A DNA stretch of 47,454 nt from Candidatus Woesearchaeota archaeon (GCA_964437455.1 CAYTGG010000004.1:1-47454); one strand, 5' to 3'; counted from the first letter of the stretch, positions 1-10,038 are shown. Made by a program: numbers and translations. Notes: a model not told the origin generated them from the sequence alone.

Positions 1-1
1 T

Positions 2-1564
2 TTATATTGTAGATTAACTGGTTGTTCAATGAGTGGTCAATTAACAATGTCAGGAACTTCAGCAAATATCGCCTTAGGTTCAAATTATCTTTCAGGCGAT
101 GGTGGTGATGAAGGAGTTTTTGTCAGTAGCACAGGTGACATTGGTATTGGAACAGCAAGTCCTTTATCTAAACTTCATATAAGTGGAAATTATAGTCTAA
201 ATGCATATGAAGCAAATGAACTTATTGTAAGAGCACCTTATAATTCTAATTTTACTGATTATAGAAAAGTAGGATTAACCTTATCTTTTGATTCAGATGC
301 TGATGCTCATGCTTCAGACCAACATTCAGCAGGTATTTTTGCTGAGTCAGAATCTAATTGGGCCAATGATGTTGGTCTTTCTTTTTATACTAGAGATACA
401 GTAACTTCTCCTTATTTCACTGAAAAAATTAGAATTGATAGTAGAGGAAATGTGGGTATTGGAAATTCAGATCCTTCTTACAAACTTGAAGTTAATGGAG
501 ATGTTAATTTAAGTGATATTCTATATGTAGAAGATTCTAACAGAGTTGGAATTGGACATAATAATCCAAGCTGTGAATTAGATATTTTAAGTTCTAGTTC
601 AACATTTACTGGAATAGAACTAGTGAATACTGATGTTTCAACAAGAGGATGGTTTATAGGTGCAAACAGCAATTCAACTACTTATGGTCCATCTAAAGGA
701 TTTATAATAAGAGATACTACAGTAGGTCGTACAGACTTTGTTATTGAAAAATCAGGAGATATTGGAATGGGAACTTTTAATCCTATTGGAAAATTACATG
801 TAGCACCAACTGAATTATCAAATATGCATTATCCTTCATATGGTAATGTTCTGAAATTAGAGAATACTAATACTATGCTTCAAATAATAGGAGACTATTC
901 TTCAGCAGTAATGTCTCATATTCTTTTAAGTGGAGCTTCTGATTCAGGAAATAATACTCACTGGTTTATTAATCATTTTGGGCCACATGCTAATGATCGT
1001 TTCTCTATTGGATATAAAGAGAGTACTGAAACACTTTTTTCTCCTATAGAAAATCTTGCTGAACATTTTTCAATAACTCCAGAAGGTAATGTTGGAATAG
1101 GAGATACTACTCCAGATTATAAATTAGATGTTGTTGGTTATGCTGGAAAGACTGGAGGAGGTTCATGGTCAGATTCTTCTGATATAAGATTAAAAACAAA
1201 TATTACTGATTTAGATGATGCTTTATCAAGAGTATTAGAATTGTCTCCTAAAGAGTATTATAGATTAGATAGAGAAGAGAAAGAGATAGGTTTAATCGCT
1301 GACGATGTTTTAAAGATATTTCCTAAATGGGTTGGAGAAAGAAATCCAACAGAAGAAGAACTTGATAAGGGCTTATTTGAAGAAGATGATAAAGTTAAGA
1401 TTTTGACTTTCCCTAACGAATTTAATGCTGTAATTGTTGAAGCTGTTAAAGAGTTGAAAGAAGAAAAAGATACTGAAATTCAAGAACTTAAAGAAGAGAA
1501 TAGAAAATTGAAAGAGTTAATTTGCCTTGAATATCCAGAAGCAGAAATTTGTAAAACAGAGTAG
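2..1564 (+). CDS. Fibre-like protein with GNVGIG repeats and C-terminal intramolecular chaperone (peptidase S74/ICA) domain; probably 5'-truncated by the window
   Basis: Repeated G[ND][VI]GIG units, then WSDSSDIRLKTNI (SDxRLK autocleavage motif), IGLIADDV and a terminal coiled coil. The frame is open from base 2 (LYCRLTGCS) to the ATG at 29. Confidence 0.8.
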   Translation, partial: LYCRLTGCSMSGQLTMSGTSANIALGSNYLSGDGGDEGVFVSSTGDIGIGTASPLSKLHISGNYSLNAYEANELIVRAPYNSNFTDYRKVGLTLSFDSDADAHASDQHSAGIFAESESNWANDVGLSFYTRDTVTSPYFTEKIRIDSRGNVGIGNSDPSYKLEVNGDVNLSDILYVEDSNRVGIGHNNPSCELDILSSSSTFTGIELVNTDVSTRGWFIGANSNSTTYGPSKGFIIRDTTVGRTDFVIEKSGDIGMGTFNPIGKLHVAPTELSNMHYPSYGNVLKLENTNTMLQIIGDYSSAVMSHILLSGASDSGNNTHWFINHFGPHANDRFSIGYKESTETLFSPIENLAEHFSITPEGNVGIGDTTPDYKLDVVGYAGKTGGGSWSDSSDIRLKTNITDLDDALSRVLELSPKEYYRLDREEKEIGLIADDVLKIFPKWVGERNPTEEELDKGLFEEDDKVKILTFPNEFNAVIVEAVKELKEEKDTEIQELKEENRKLKELICLEYPEAEICKTE

Positions 1565-1609
1565 ATTTATTTTAATTAATTTTTTAAACTGCTTAATCTT
1601 AATTTCTTT

Positions 1610-3298
1610 ATGAAAATATTATTACTACATTGTGATTATCTGAAATTTAAACCTCTGAAAAAAGCTTTGAAAGAAATTGAAGATTTATCAGAGAAAAAAA
1701 CTGTTAATGTGAAAGAACCTTTGGTAGTTATGATTGCTGTTGAAAAGTATGATAATAATTCTGATGAGGTTGTAAAAGAACTTATTAAAAATATTTCTGA
1801 AATAGCAGAGAGAATTAATGCTAAAAATATAGTTTTGTATCCTTATGCTCATCTGTCTAAGAATTTAGCATCTCCTGAAAATGCTATTGGAATTCTAAAA
1901 AAAACAGAAGAGGAAATTAAGAAAATAAAAAATTTCAAGATTTTTAAAGCTCCATTTGGATACTATAAAGAATTTGAGATGAAAGTCAAAGGACATCCTC
2001 TTTCTGAATTAGCAAGAGAAATAAGAATAGATAAAGAAGAATATGATTATAAAAAACTTTTAAATGAAATTTCAAAAACAAAACTAGATACTTCAAAATT
2101 AAAAGAAAATGACCATAGAATTATAGGAAAAGAAATGGATTTGTTCTCTTTTAATGAAACAGCTCCTGGAATGGTATTTTGGCATAATGATGGTCTTATT
2201 ATATTTAATGAATTAATTAATTTCTGGAGGAAAGAGCATAAAAAAGCAAATTATCAAGAGATAAAAACTCCTCAGATTTTAGATAAAAGACTTTGGCAGA
2301 TTTCAGGTCATTGGGAAAAATATAAAGAAAATATATTTCTAACAGATTATGAAAATCGGCAATTTGCTGTGAAACCAATGAATTGTCCTGGAGGAATACT
2401 AATATACAAAAACAAACCAAAAAGTTATAGAGATTTACCTTTAAGAGTTGGAGAATTGGGAGTGGTTCATAGACAAGAATTAAGCGGAGTTTTAGGAGGA
2501 TTATTTAGAGTTATTCAATTTACACAAGATGATGCTCATGTATTTTGCACAGAAAAACAACTTGAACAAGAAATCTTTGCAGTAATGGATTTAGTAGATA
2601 TTCTTTATTCTAAATTTGGATTTAAATATACTCTGGAATTATCTACTCGTCCTGAAAAAAGAATAGGAAGTGATAGAGATTGGAATAAAGCTGAAGAAGC
2701 ATTAAAAAAAGTTTTAGAAAAAAGAAAAATTAATTATAAAATTAATGAAGGAGATGGAGCTTTCTATGGACCTAAAATTGATTATCATTTAAAAGACTCT
2801 TTGGGAAGAACTTGGCAATGTGGAACTATACAGATTGATTTCTCAATGCCTGAAAGATTTGAATTGGAATATATAGACAAAGATAATCAAAGAAAAAGAC
2901 CAATTATGGTTCATAGAGCTATTTATGGAAGTTTTGAAAGATTTATTGGAATTTTATTAGAACATTATAAAGGAAGACTTCCTGTTTGGTTATCTCCTGT
3001 GCAAATAAGAATTCTGAGTTTTACAGAAAGAAACAAGAAATACGCTCAAAAAATAATTGAACAATTGAAAGAAGAAATTACTGATTTAAGAATTGATTCA
3101 GATTTCAAGAATGTTCCAATTTCTTCAAAAGTTAAAGAAGCTGAGATTAAGAAAGTTCCTTACATAATTGTAATTGGAGATAAAGAAGAAAAAGAGAATT
3201 TTCTTTCTGTAAGAATCAAAGGAGATAAGAAAATTCAAAGATTTAAGATTAAAGAATTTGCTGAAAAGATTAGAAAAGAAATTGAAAACAGAGAATAA
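1610..3298 (+). CDS. thrS: Threonine--tRNA ligase
   Basis: Archaeal editing domain (MKILLLHCDY, YPYAHLS); catalytic motifs KPMNCPG, FTQDDAH, GAFYGPKID, HRAIYGSFERF; C-terminal anticodon-binding domain. Confidence 0.97.
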   Translation: MKILLLHCDYLKFKPLKKALKEIEDLSEKKTVNVKEPLVVMIAVEKYDNNSDEVVKELIKNISEIAERINAKNIVLYPYAHLSKNLASPENAIGILKKTEEEIKKIKNFKIFKAPFGYYKEFEMKVKGHPLSELAREIRIDKEEYDYKKLLNEISKTKLDTSKLKENDHRIIGKEMDLFSFNETAPGMVFWHNDGLIIFNELINFWRKEHKKANYQEIKTPQILDKRLWQISGHWEKYKENIFLTDYENRQFAVKPMNCPGGILIYKNKPKSYRDLPLRVGELGVVHRQELSGVLGGLFRVIQFTQDDAHVFCTEKQLEQEIFAVMDLVDILYSKFGFKYTLELSTRPEKRIGSDRDWNKAEEALKKVLEKRKINYKINEGDGAFYGPKIDYHLKDSLGRTWQCGTIQIDFSMPERFELEYIDKDNQRKRPIMVHRAIYGSFERFIGILLEHYKGRLPVWLSPVQIRILSFTERNKKYAQKIIEQLKEEITDLRIDSDFKNVPISSKVKEAEIKKVPYIIVIGDKEEKENFLSVRIKGDKKIQRFKIKEFAEKIRKEIENRE

Positions 3299-3587
3299 AT
3301 TTCTATTAAAATTATCTCTTAAAATATAAAAATTTTTATTAATGAAAAATAATCATAAATTCTATGAAGAAAGACAGAGATTTTTATTTAGAGAGAGAAT
3401 AAAGAAGTTGATTGGAGATAATTATGAAGATAATGAAAGAGTATATAGCAAAATTAGGTAAATCAACAATTACTTTTCCTTTGGATATATTTCCATAAAT
3501 CTTAAAAAATATAAACTTAATAAAGTTTTTTTATTATTTCTATTTTTAAATTTGAAAATTATTTTCATAGAATTTATTGCAGTTAAA

Positions 3588-3595
3588 TTTATAAA
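3588..3595 (+). promoter_or_regulatory. Archaeal TATA box for lemA (leaderless)
   Basis: TTTATAAA ending ~21 nt before ATG 3617; the same arrangement precedes many genes in this window. Confidence 0.55.
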
Positions 3596-3616
3596 CTTTT
3601 ATCCTCTCTCTTTTTT

Positions 3617-4174
3617 ATGTCATTTATTTTAATAGGAATTATTTCTGGATTAATACTTTTTTTAGGATTTATGGCTTTTTATTATTATAATCGTTTTGTT
3701 ACATTAATTAATAGAATTGAAAATTCTTTATCTCAAATAGATGTTCAACTTAAAAGAAGAGCTGATTTAATACCTAATTTAATTAAATCTGTTAAAGGTT
3801 ATATGAAACATGAAACAGCAGCTATTAAAGCAGTTACTGATGCAAGAAAAGCTCTTATTTCTGCTGGAAATATAGAGAAAAAAGTTCAGGCAGATAATCA
3901 ACTTGAAAATGCTCTTAAATCAATATTTGCTATTGCTGAAGGTTATCCTGATCTAAAAGCCAATCAAAATTTCTTAGAATTACAGAGAGAATTAACCTCA
4001 ACAGAAGATAAAATTGCATATTCTAGACAATTTTATAATGATAGTATTTTAGTATATAACAATTTATGCACAAAGATTCCTGGAGTTATTTTTGCAAGAA
4101 TTTTCGGAAAACAGAAAAAAGATTATTTGAAGATTACTGAAGCAGAAAGAAAAAAAGTAGATGTTGATTTTTAG
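3617..4174 (+). CDS. lemA: LemA family protein
   Basis: N-terminal TM helix, IDVQLKRRADLIPNL, YPDLKANQNFLELQRELTSTEDKIAYSRQFYN; lies near htpX. Confidence 0.95.
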   Translation: MSFILIGIISGLILFLGFMAFYYYNRFVTLINRIENSLSQIDVQLKRRADLIPNLIKSVKGYMKHETAAIKAVTDARKALISAGNIEKKVQADNQLENALKSIFAIAEGYPDLKANQNFLELQRELTSTEDKIAYSRQFYNDSILVYNNLCTKIPGVIFARIFGKQKKDYLKITEAERKKVDVDF

Positions 4175-4276
4175 GATAATTTAATATTTCTATTTAAAAT
4201 ATTTCTAATAATTTTTATACCAAAAATTTTTTAGAAGAGTATTAATACAATATTGATATAGTGTTAATATATAAAA

Positions 4277-4513
4277 ATGTCAAAAGTAATTGTGGATATT
4301 AATGAAAGTGCAAATAGAATTCTAAATATAATGAAATTCAAAGAAAATTTAAAAGATAAAAGCGAGACAATAAATTTAATTTTAAGAGTCTATGGAAAAG
4401 AAATTTTAGAATCTTAATTAAGACCAGAATTTATTATTGAACTTATAAAAATTAAAAATGAAGAAACTGTTGAGATAAAAAACCGGAATAATTATTTTGG
4501 AGAGTTCATGTAG
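4277..4513 (+). pseudogene. Antitoxin pseudogene (DUF2683-like)
   Basis: MSKVIVDINESANRILNIMKFKENLKDKSETINLIL...ILES*LRPEF, with an in-frame TAA at 4415-4417 where the family has E-LRPE. Confidence 0.65.
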
Positions 4514-4604
4514 GTGATTATGTTCTTGTTTATTCAATAGATGAAAAAATAAACTGATTATAATTAAAAGGTACAAGAATCATGATGGAGTTTATAAAAA
4601 TTAA
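4501..4604 (+). pseudogene. RelE/ParE-superfamily toxin remnant (C-terminal half, frameshifted)
   Basis: RVHVGDYVLVYSIDEK, then after a 1-nt frameshift in an A-run NKLIIIKRYKNHDGVYKN*; N-terminal half absent. Confidence 0.6.
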
Positions 4605-4657
4605 TGAAATGTCTTATCTCACAAAATACTTAAAAACTTCTTTATTTTAAATAAATT

Positions 4658-5554
4658 ATGAAATCAAGATTAATTTTTCAAGATGAGATTTCTAGAAATA
4701 AAAGAAACTCTTTTTTTCTTATAATAATTATCTTTTTAGTCTTTTTAATTTTTGGTTATGTTATTTCTTTTGCTTTTGAACCAGGTTTTTTCTTTATAAT
4801 TATGATAATTGCAATAGTTATATCTATGATTTATATTTTAGTAAGTTATTATAATTCAGATAAAATTGCTATTGCAAGTGTTAGAGCTAAAAAAGCTTCA
4901 AAAACTGAGTATAAATTATATTATGATCTTGTGGAAGGAATTTCTCTAGCAAGTGGATTACCAATTCCAAGATTGTATATTATGCCTTCTGAGCAGATTA
5001 ATGCTTTTGCTTCAGGTAGAAATCCTGATAATGCAGTTATATGTGTTACAAAAGGTGCTTTGAATAAATTAAATAGGAGGGAATTAGAGGGAGTTTTGGC
5101 TCACGAGATGAGTCATATAGCAAATTATGACATGAGATATATGACTTTGGTAGCTATAATGGTGGGAATGATTGCAATAATCTCAGAAATTTTTTTAAGA
5201 AGTTTATGGTTTAGAAATTTTAAATCAAATGATTCAAAAGGAAATTTTATTTTTATTATAATTGGTATAATTATGGCTATTTTAGCACCTATAATTGTTA
5301 AATTAGTTCAATTATCTATATCTAGAAAAAGAGAATATGGTGCTGATTCAACTGCAGTTAAATTTACAAGATATCCTAAAGGCTTATTGGAAGCTTTGAA
5401 AAAAATAAAATTAGAATCAAATGAAATGGCTAATTCAAAAAATGAAAGAGTTAGTAAAGCACTTGCTCCACTATTTTTTTCAAATCCAATTAAAGGATGG
5501 ACAAGTACACATCCTCCTATAGATGATAGAATAAAAAAATTAGAAAAGATGTAG
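4658..5554 (+). CDS. htpX: HtpX (M48) membrane zinc protease
   Basis: INAFASG, LEGVLAHEMSH (HExxH), SRKREYGAD, STHPPIDDRI; TM helices. Confidence 0.95.
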   Translation: MKSRLIFQDEISRNKRNSFFLIIIIFLVFLIFGYVISFAFEPGFFFIIMIIAIVISMIYILVSYYNSDKIAIASVRAKKASKTEYKLYYDLVEGISLASGLPIPRLYIMPSEQINAFASGRNPDNAVICVTKGALNKLNRRELEGVLAHEMSHIANYDMRYMTLVAIMVGMIAIISEIFLRSLWFRNFKSNDSKGNFIFIIIGIIMAILAPIIVKLVQLSISRKREYGADSTAVKFTRYPKGLLEALKKIKLESNEMANSKNERVSKALAPLFFSNPIKGWTSTHPPIDDRIKKLEKM

Positions 5555-5588
5555 TTAAAATTTATAAACATCTTTTTATTTAATTTAT

Positions 5589-5903
5589 ATGGAATTTATA
5601 AGAGATATGATTATAATTTCAGTTAGTTTTTTACTTTTCTTTACTTTTCTTTTTATGAATCTTTTTATTACTCTTGTAATGTCTTTAGATTATGATTTGG
5701 TAAAAGAAGATATTTTAGATTTAGGAATTAATTCTGATTTGAATTCAATAACAATCTCTTCAAAGATTGAAAATGCTGAAATTAATAGAATTCCTTATAT
5801 GCTTGCCTTGGAAGATAGAAATGAAAAAGATAATAATCTTGCAGTTAGAATTAAAGGAGATAAAAAAATTGATTTCTTTCTTATAATGAATTTGTTGAAA
5901 TGA
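5589..5903 (+). CDS. Hydrophobic N-terminus fused to a degenerate ThrRS-type anticodon-binding domain (possible pseudogene)
   Basis: DLGINSD...ISSKIENAEINRIPYML...LAVRIKGDKKI aligns with the thrS C-terminus DLRIDSD...ISSKVKEAEIKKVPYII...LSVRIKGDKKI. Confidence 0.7.
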   Translation: MEFIRDMIIISVSFLLFFTFLFMNLFITLVMSLDYDLVKEDILDLGINSDLNSITISSKIENAEINRIPYMLALEDRNEKDNNLAVRIKGDKKIDFFLIMNLLK

Positions 5904-5948
5904 TAAAGAAAGAAATTAGAGAAAAAATAAATAAGGATATAATAAAAA

Positions 5949-6449
5949 ATGAATCTTCAATTTTATATTGAAAAACTGAAAAGTTCTGAAGAATTTAAAA
6001 ACTTTATAAAAGAAAATTCAGATGCTTTTTTGTGTTCAGGATTTTTTTCAATAGATAAACAAAATAAAGATAATCAATATCATCTTGATTTCTTTGTTCC
6101 TTCTAAAAAAAAGATATTTAGTTTTCAATTAGAAAATACTATCAAAAAAATTCCTATTGAAAGTTTAGATGGGCAGGTATTATATAAATTAAATGAGAAT
6201 TTAGATTTTAACTTTGAAGAAATTGATAGAATTATTTATGAGAAGATGAAAAAAGAAAATATTAAAAACAAAATTCAAAAGATTATTTTTTCTTTACAGA
6301 AAGTTAATGATAGAGATTATTTAATAGGAACTGTTTTTATCTCTGGATTAGGAATAATAAAAGTAAATTTAGATTTAGAGAATAAAAAAATTACAGATTT
6401 TGAAAAGAAAAGTTTTTTTGATATGCTAAATATTCTTCGGAAAAAGTAG
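5949..6449 (+). CDS. Hypothetical protein
   Basis: 166-aa ORF with typical codon usage; no motif recognised. Confidence 0.75.
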   Translation: MNLQFYIEKLKSSEEFKNFIKENSDAFLCSGFFSIDKQNKDNQYHLDFFVPSKKKIFSFQLENTIKKIPIESLDGQVLYKLNENLDFNFEEIDRIIYEKMKKENIKNKIQKIIFSLQKVNDRDYLIGTVFISGLGIIKVNLDLENKKITDFEKKSFFDMLNILRKK

Positions 6450-6496
6450 ATTGAATCATAATAATCTTTATAAATTATTTTTTATTTTATAATTTT

Positions 6497-6658
6497 ATGG
6501 AGGATGATTTTAAAACTAATTTATTTTACGGTTTCCATATAACTTATCCAAATGTAAAAGAAGTTGAGGAAATGTCTAAATTAAAAAACTATCTTTCTTC
6601 TTTAGAAGAGGATGATAAGTCTGAACTTGATAGATTATACAGAATTTTTCATGTTTAA
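6497..6658 (+). CDS. Small hypothetical protein (53 aa, not in ORF track)
   Basis: MEDDFKTNLFYGFHITYPNVKEVEE...RIFHV*, preceded by CTTTATAAA at leaderless spacing. Confidence 0.4.
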   Translation: MEDDFKTNLFYGFHITYPNVKEVEEMSKLKNYLSSLEEDDKSELDRLYRIFHV

Positions 6659-7260
6659 TTCATATCTGGTTTTTTAATTGTAAAAATTATATTTTCTTTT
6701 GATTTTATTTTTTTATTTATTTTAAATCCTACTTCTTTAAATAAATCATAAATTTCTTTTTTCTCAAATAAATAATAATATCTTGCTCCTTTGTCTCTCC
6801 ATCTAACAATTTTTTCTTTTGGAGAATTTTTAAATCTTCTTGAATTTTTATTCCATACAGATATCAAAACTCTTTTTTCTGGTTTTAAAACTCTAAAAAG
6901 TTCTTTTACTGCTTTTTTTCTATTTCTTTCTCCTTTAATACAATGAAGAGAAGAAATAAAGATTGCAGAATCAAAAAAATTATCTCTAAAAGGAAGACTA
7001 ATTAAAGAAGATATGAAAAATTTAGCTTTAATTTTTTTTTCTTTTGCTTTTTTTTCTGCTAAGTTAATCATTTCTTTTGAGAAATCAACAAGATACATTT
7101 CACTTTCTTGAATTTTTATTAAATGTCTTCCACTTCCAGAGCCCAAATCAAGAATCTTTCCTTTTTCTTTTTTTAGAAAATTTACAACTTCTTCTCTTGG
7201 TTCATCTCTAAATCTTTTCCATTCTTTTGCAATATTGTTCCAAATATCTTCTTGATTCAT
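6655..7260 (-). CDS. Class I SAM-dependent methyltransferase
   Basis: ILDLGSGSGRH motif I; LPFRDNFFD; RVLKP. Confidence 0.9.
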   Translation of the reverse strand: MNQEDIWNNIAKEWKRFRDEPREEVVNFLKKEKGKILDLGSGSGRHLIKIQESEMYLVDFSKEMINLAEKKAKEKKIKAKFFISSLISLPFRDNFFDSAIFISSLHCIKGERNRKKAVKELFRVLKPEKRVLISVWNKNSRRFKNSPKEKIVRWRDKGARYYYLFEKKEIYDLFKEVGFKINKKIKSKENIIFTIKKPDMN

Positions 7261-7336
7261 TTAAATTCTTAAATATTCTTAATTATAAAAACCTTTTAAT
7301 ATTGGAGATATTTTCTTTAATTGGAAGTAATTAAAT

Positions 7337-7843
7337 ATGAAAGATAAAACAAAATCAAAAACTGAGCGTGAAGTTGAATTTGGAGAAGCACTTGTTGGAA
7401 TAGGTCATTATAAGACAACTATTTCAAACAGTAGTGAAAAAGCAGAAGGTAGAGGAAGTACTTCAGAGGAATCTCAGAAGATTGCTAGTTCAAGATGGGA
7501 AAGTGGTAAGACTACTTCAAAAGGAGGTTGTTATTTAACAACAGCTTGTATTGAATCTAGAGGCCTTCCAGATAATTGCCTTGAACTTAAGACATTAAGG
7601 AATTTTAGAGATAAAATTCTGATGAAAGATACATCTGGAAGAAGAGCAGTTAGAGAATATTATGACATAGCTCCAGAAATTGTACAGGCTATTGGAGAAC
7701 AGAAGAATTCAGAGGAGATTTGGCAGAGCATTTATGGAGATATCAAATCTGCAGTATTTTTGGTAATGTCAAGAGATTTTGAAGGAGCTTTTAAAAAATA
7801 TTTCCAGATGACTTCAAGGCTCAAAGAAGAATATTTGAATTAA
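7337..7843 (+). CDS. CFI-box-CTERM-like domain protein
   Basis: GGCYLTTAC...ELKTLRNFRDKILM...GRRAVREYYDIAPEIV. Confidence 0.75.
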   Translation: MKDKTKSKTEREVEFGEALVGIGHYKTTISNSSEKAEGRGSTSEESQKIASSRWESGKTTSKGGCYLTTACIESRGLPDNCLELKTLRNFRDKILMKDTSGRRAVREYYDIAPEIVQAIGEQKNSEEIWQSIYGDIKSAVFLVMSRDFEGAFKKYFQMTSRLKEEYLN

Positions 7844-7955
7844 AGATTTATTCTTTATAATCAAAATATTTTTAATTTCTATTACAGAATGTTATAATCT
7901 TTTTGTTTAATTTGATATTCAAAAGTCTTTTAAGAGATGAAATTCATATTTTTTT

Positions 7956-9335
7956 ATGTTAAAGCCAGCAGAAAACGAAATTAGAAAACCAACTAAAACT
8001 ATTTCAGGAGTTACTCCATTAGCAGTTATGCTTCCTCCTAGAAAATGTAATCATGGGCTTTGTGTTTATTGTCCTAATCTTGGAGTTCCTCAGAGTTATA
8101 CTCCTAAAAGTCCAGTAGTAATGAGAGCTTCAAAGTTAAAATATGATCCATACAAACAAGTTAGAGCAAGATTAAAGGCGTTTAAGTTGATGAATCATCC
8201 TGTTGATAAAATTGAATTAATTCTAATGGGTGGAACTTTTCTTGAATATCCTGAGAATTTTAGATATGAATTTGTAAAAGGATGTTATGATGGATTAAAT
8301 GGAGAAATATCTAAAAATTTGAAAGAAGCTCAAAAAATAAATGAGAATTCAAAAAATAGATGTGTAGCCCTTTGCATTGAAACTCGTCCTGATGTTTGCA
8401 ATGATTATATTAAAGAAATGAGAGAATTTGGAGCTACTAGAGTTGAGATAGGAGTTCAAATATTAGATGATAAAATATATGAGAAAGTTAAAAGAGGACA
8501 TACAGTTAAAGATGTAATAGATGCTACGAGAGAATTGAAGAATGCAGGATTTAAAGTTGGTTATCATATAATGCCAGGACTTCCTGGAAGCAGTTTGAAA
8601 AAAGATTTTAAACTCTTCAGAAAAATCTTCAGAGATAAGAGATTTCGTCCAGACCAGTTGAAAATCTATCCTTGTCAGGTGATGCCTAATTCAGAACTTG
8701 AAGAATGGTATAATAGAGGAGAATATACTCCTTATAATAAAGAGAAAACTGAAAAAATTCTAATTGTTATGTTAAAAAATGTTCCAAGATATTGCAGAGT
8801 TATGAGGATTATGAGAGAAATTCCTCCTTCTTATATAATAGCAGGAACTAAGAGAATTGATTTAAGAAGAGATATTGAAAAAAAGCTTAGAGACAGCAAA
8901 GAAAAAATAAAAGAAATAAGATTTAGAGAAATAGGCTTTGCTTTACAAAATGGAGAAGAAATTTCTAAGAATTTAAGATTAAAAATTACAAAATATAAAT
9001 CATCTGAAGGAGAGGAATATTTTCTTGAGATGGTGAATGAAAAAGATATACTTTTTGGTTTATGTAGATTAAGAATTTTTGATAATAAAAAGAGAGTGAA
9101 GAAAGCAATAATTCGTGAATTACATGTTTATGGAAAATCTCTAAAATTAGGAGAAAAGAATGAAAATGCCTCTCAGCATGAAGGATTAGGGAAATTGCTT
9201 ATGAAAAAAGCTGAGAATATATGCAAAAAGAATAAGATAAAAGAATTGAAGGTAATCTCAGGAGTGGGTGTCAGAAATTATTACAAAGATTTAGGATACA
9301 GATTAGAAGAAAGTTATATGGTTAAGAGATTATAA
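7956..9335 (+). CDS. elp3: tRNA U34 acetyltransferase Elp3 (radical SAM + GNAT)
   Basis: CNHGLCVYCP, PQSYT, ETRPD, IRELHVYG, QHEGLG, ISGVGVRNYY. Confidence 0.96.
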   Translation: MLKPAENEIRKPTKTISGVTPLAVMLPPRKCNHGLCVYCPNLGVPQSYTPKSPVVMRASKLKYDPYKQVRARLKAFKLMNHPVDKIELILMGGTFLEYPENFRYEFVKGCYDGLNGEISKNLKEAQKINENSKNRCVALCIETRPDVCNDYIKEMREFGATRVEIGVQILDDKIYEKVKRGHTVKDVIDATRELKNAGFKVGYHIMPGLPGSSLKKDFKLFRKIFRDKRFRPDQLKIYPCQVMPNSELEEWYNRGEYTPYNKEKTEKILIVMLKNVPRYCRVMRIMREIPPSYIIAGTKRIDLRRDIEKKLRDSKEKIKEIRFREIGFALQNGEEISKNLRLKITKYKSSEGEEYFLEMVNEKDILFGLCRLRIFDNKKRVKKAIIRELHVYGKSLKLGEKNENASQHEGLGKLLMKKAENICKKNKIKELKVISGVGVRNYYKDLGYRLEESYMVKRL

Positions 9336-9414
9336 TAGAATCTTAATAGTATCTAAAATAGACTTGTATTAAGAATATAGAAAGAAATTTATATTTGTAA
9401 TTGCTTCTTTAATT

Positions 9415-10008
9415 ATGAATAAAAGGCAGTTGATTAGATTTTTGAATAATCAGAAATTTCCTGAGAGAATTATTAAAGCATTTGAAAAGATTAGAAGAGA
9501 AGATTTTATTTCTAAGGAATATAAAAAAATTGCATATGAAAATATTCCTCTTTCAATTGGACATAAACAGACTATAAGTCAGCCTTACACTATAGCATTT
9601 ATGCTTTTTCTTTTAGAACTTGATAATTTCCAGAGAATTCTGGAAATAGGAAGCGGAAGTGGTTATGTTCTGGCTTTAATAAATGAAATTTCAAAAAATT
9701 CTGAAATTTATGGAGTAGAAAGAATAAAAGAAATTGCTAAAAATTCAAAGAAAGTTTTGAAAAATGAAAATATCTCTATAATAATTAAAGATGGTTCTAA
9801 AGGATTAAAAGAGAAATCTCCTTTTGATAGAATTCTAATAAGTGCAGCTTCAAAGGAAATTCCTCAGAAACTGGTAGTTCAATTAAAAGAGGGAGGAATT
9901 TTAGTAGCTCCTGTTAAAAATTCTATAATTCAGATTAAAAAGTTTAGAAATGAAAATAAAATTAAGGAATTTCCTGGTTTTGTCTTTGTACCTCTTATAG
10001 ACAAATAA
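9415..10008 (+). CDS. pcm: Protein-L-isoaspartate O-methyltransferase
   Basis: QTISQPY, LEIGSGSGY, PFDRILISAA, FVFVPLI. Confidence 0.95.
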   Translation: MNKRQLIRFLNNQKFPERIIKAFEKIRREDFISKEYKKIAYENIPLSIGHKQTISQPYTIAFMLFLLELDNFQRILEIGSGSGYVLALINEISKNSEIYGVERIKEIAKNSKKVLKNENISIIIKDGSKGLKEKSPFDRILISAASKEIPQKLVVQLKEGGILVAPVKNSIIQIKKFRNENKIKEFPGFVFVPLIDK

Positions 10009-10038
10009 CTTTTTATATTATAATTCTTATTAAATTTT

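Noticed and set aside
3342-3461. 39-aa ORF between thrS and lemA
   Set aside because: Too short and no motif.
4415-4417. Stop-codon reassignment or readthrough
   Set aside because: TAA terminates many genes here and the partner toxin is also broken; ordinary pseudogenisation explains it.
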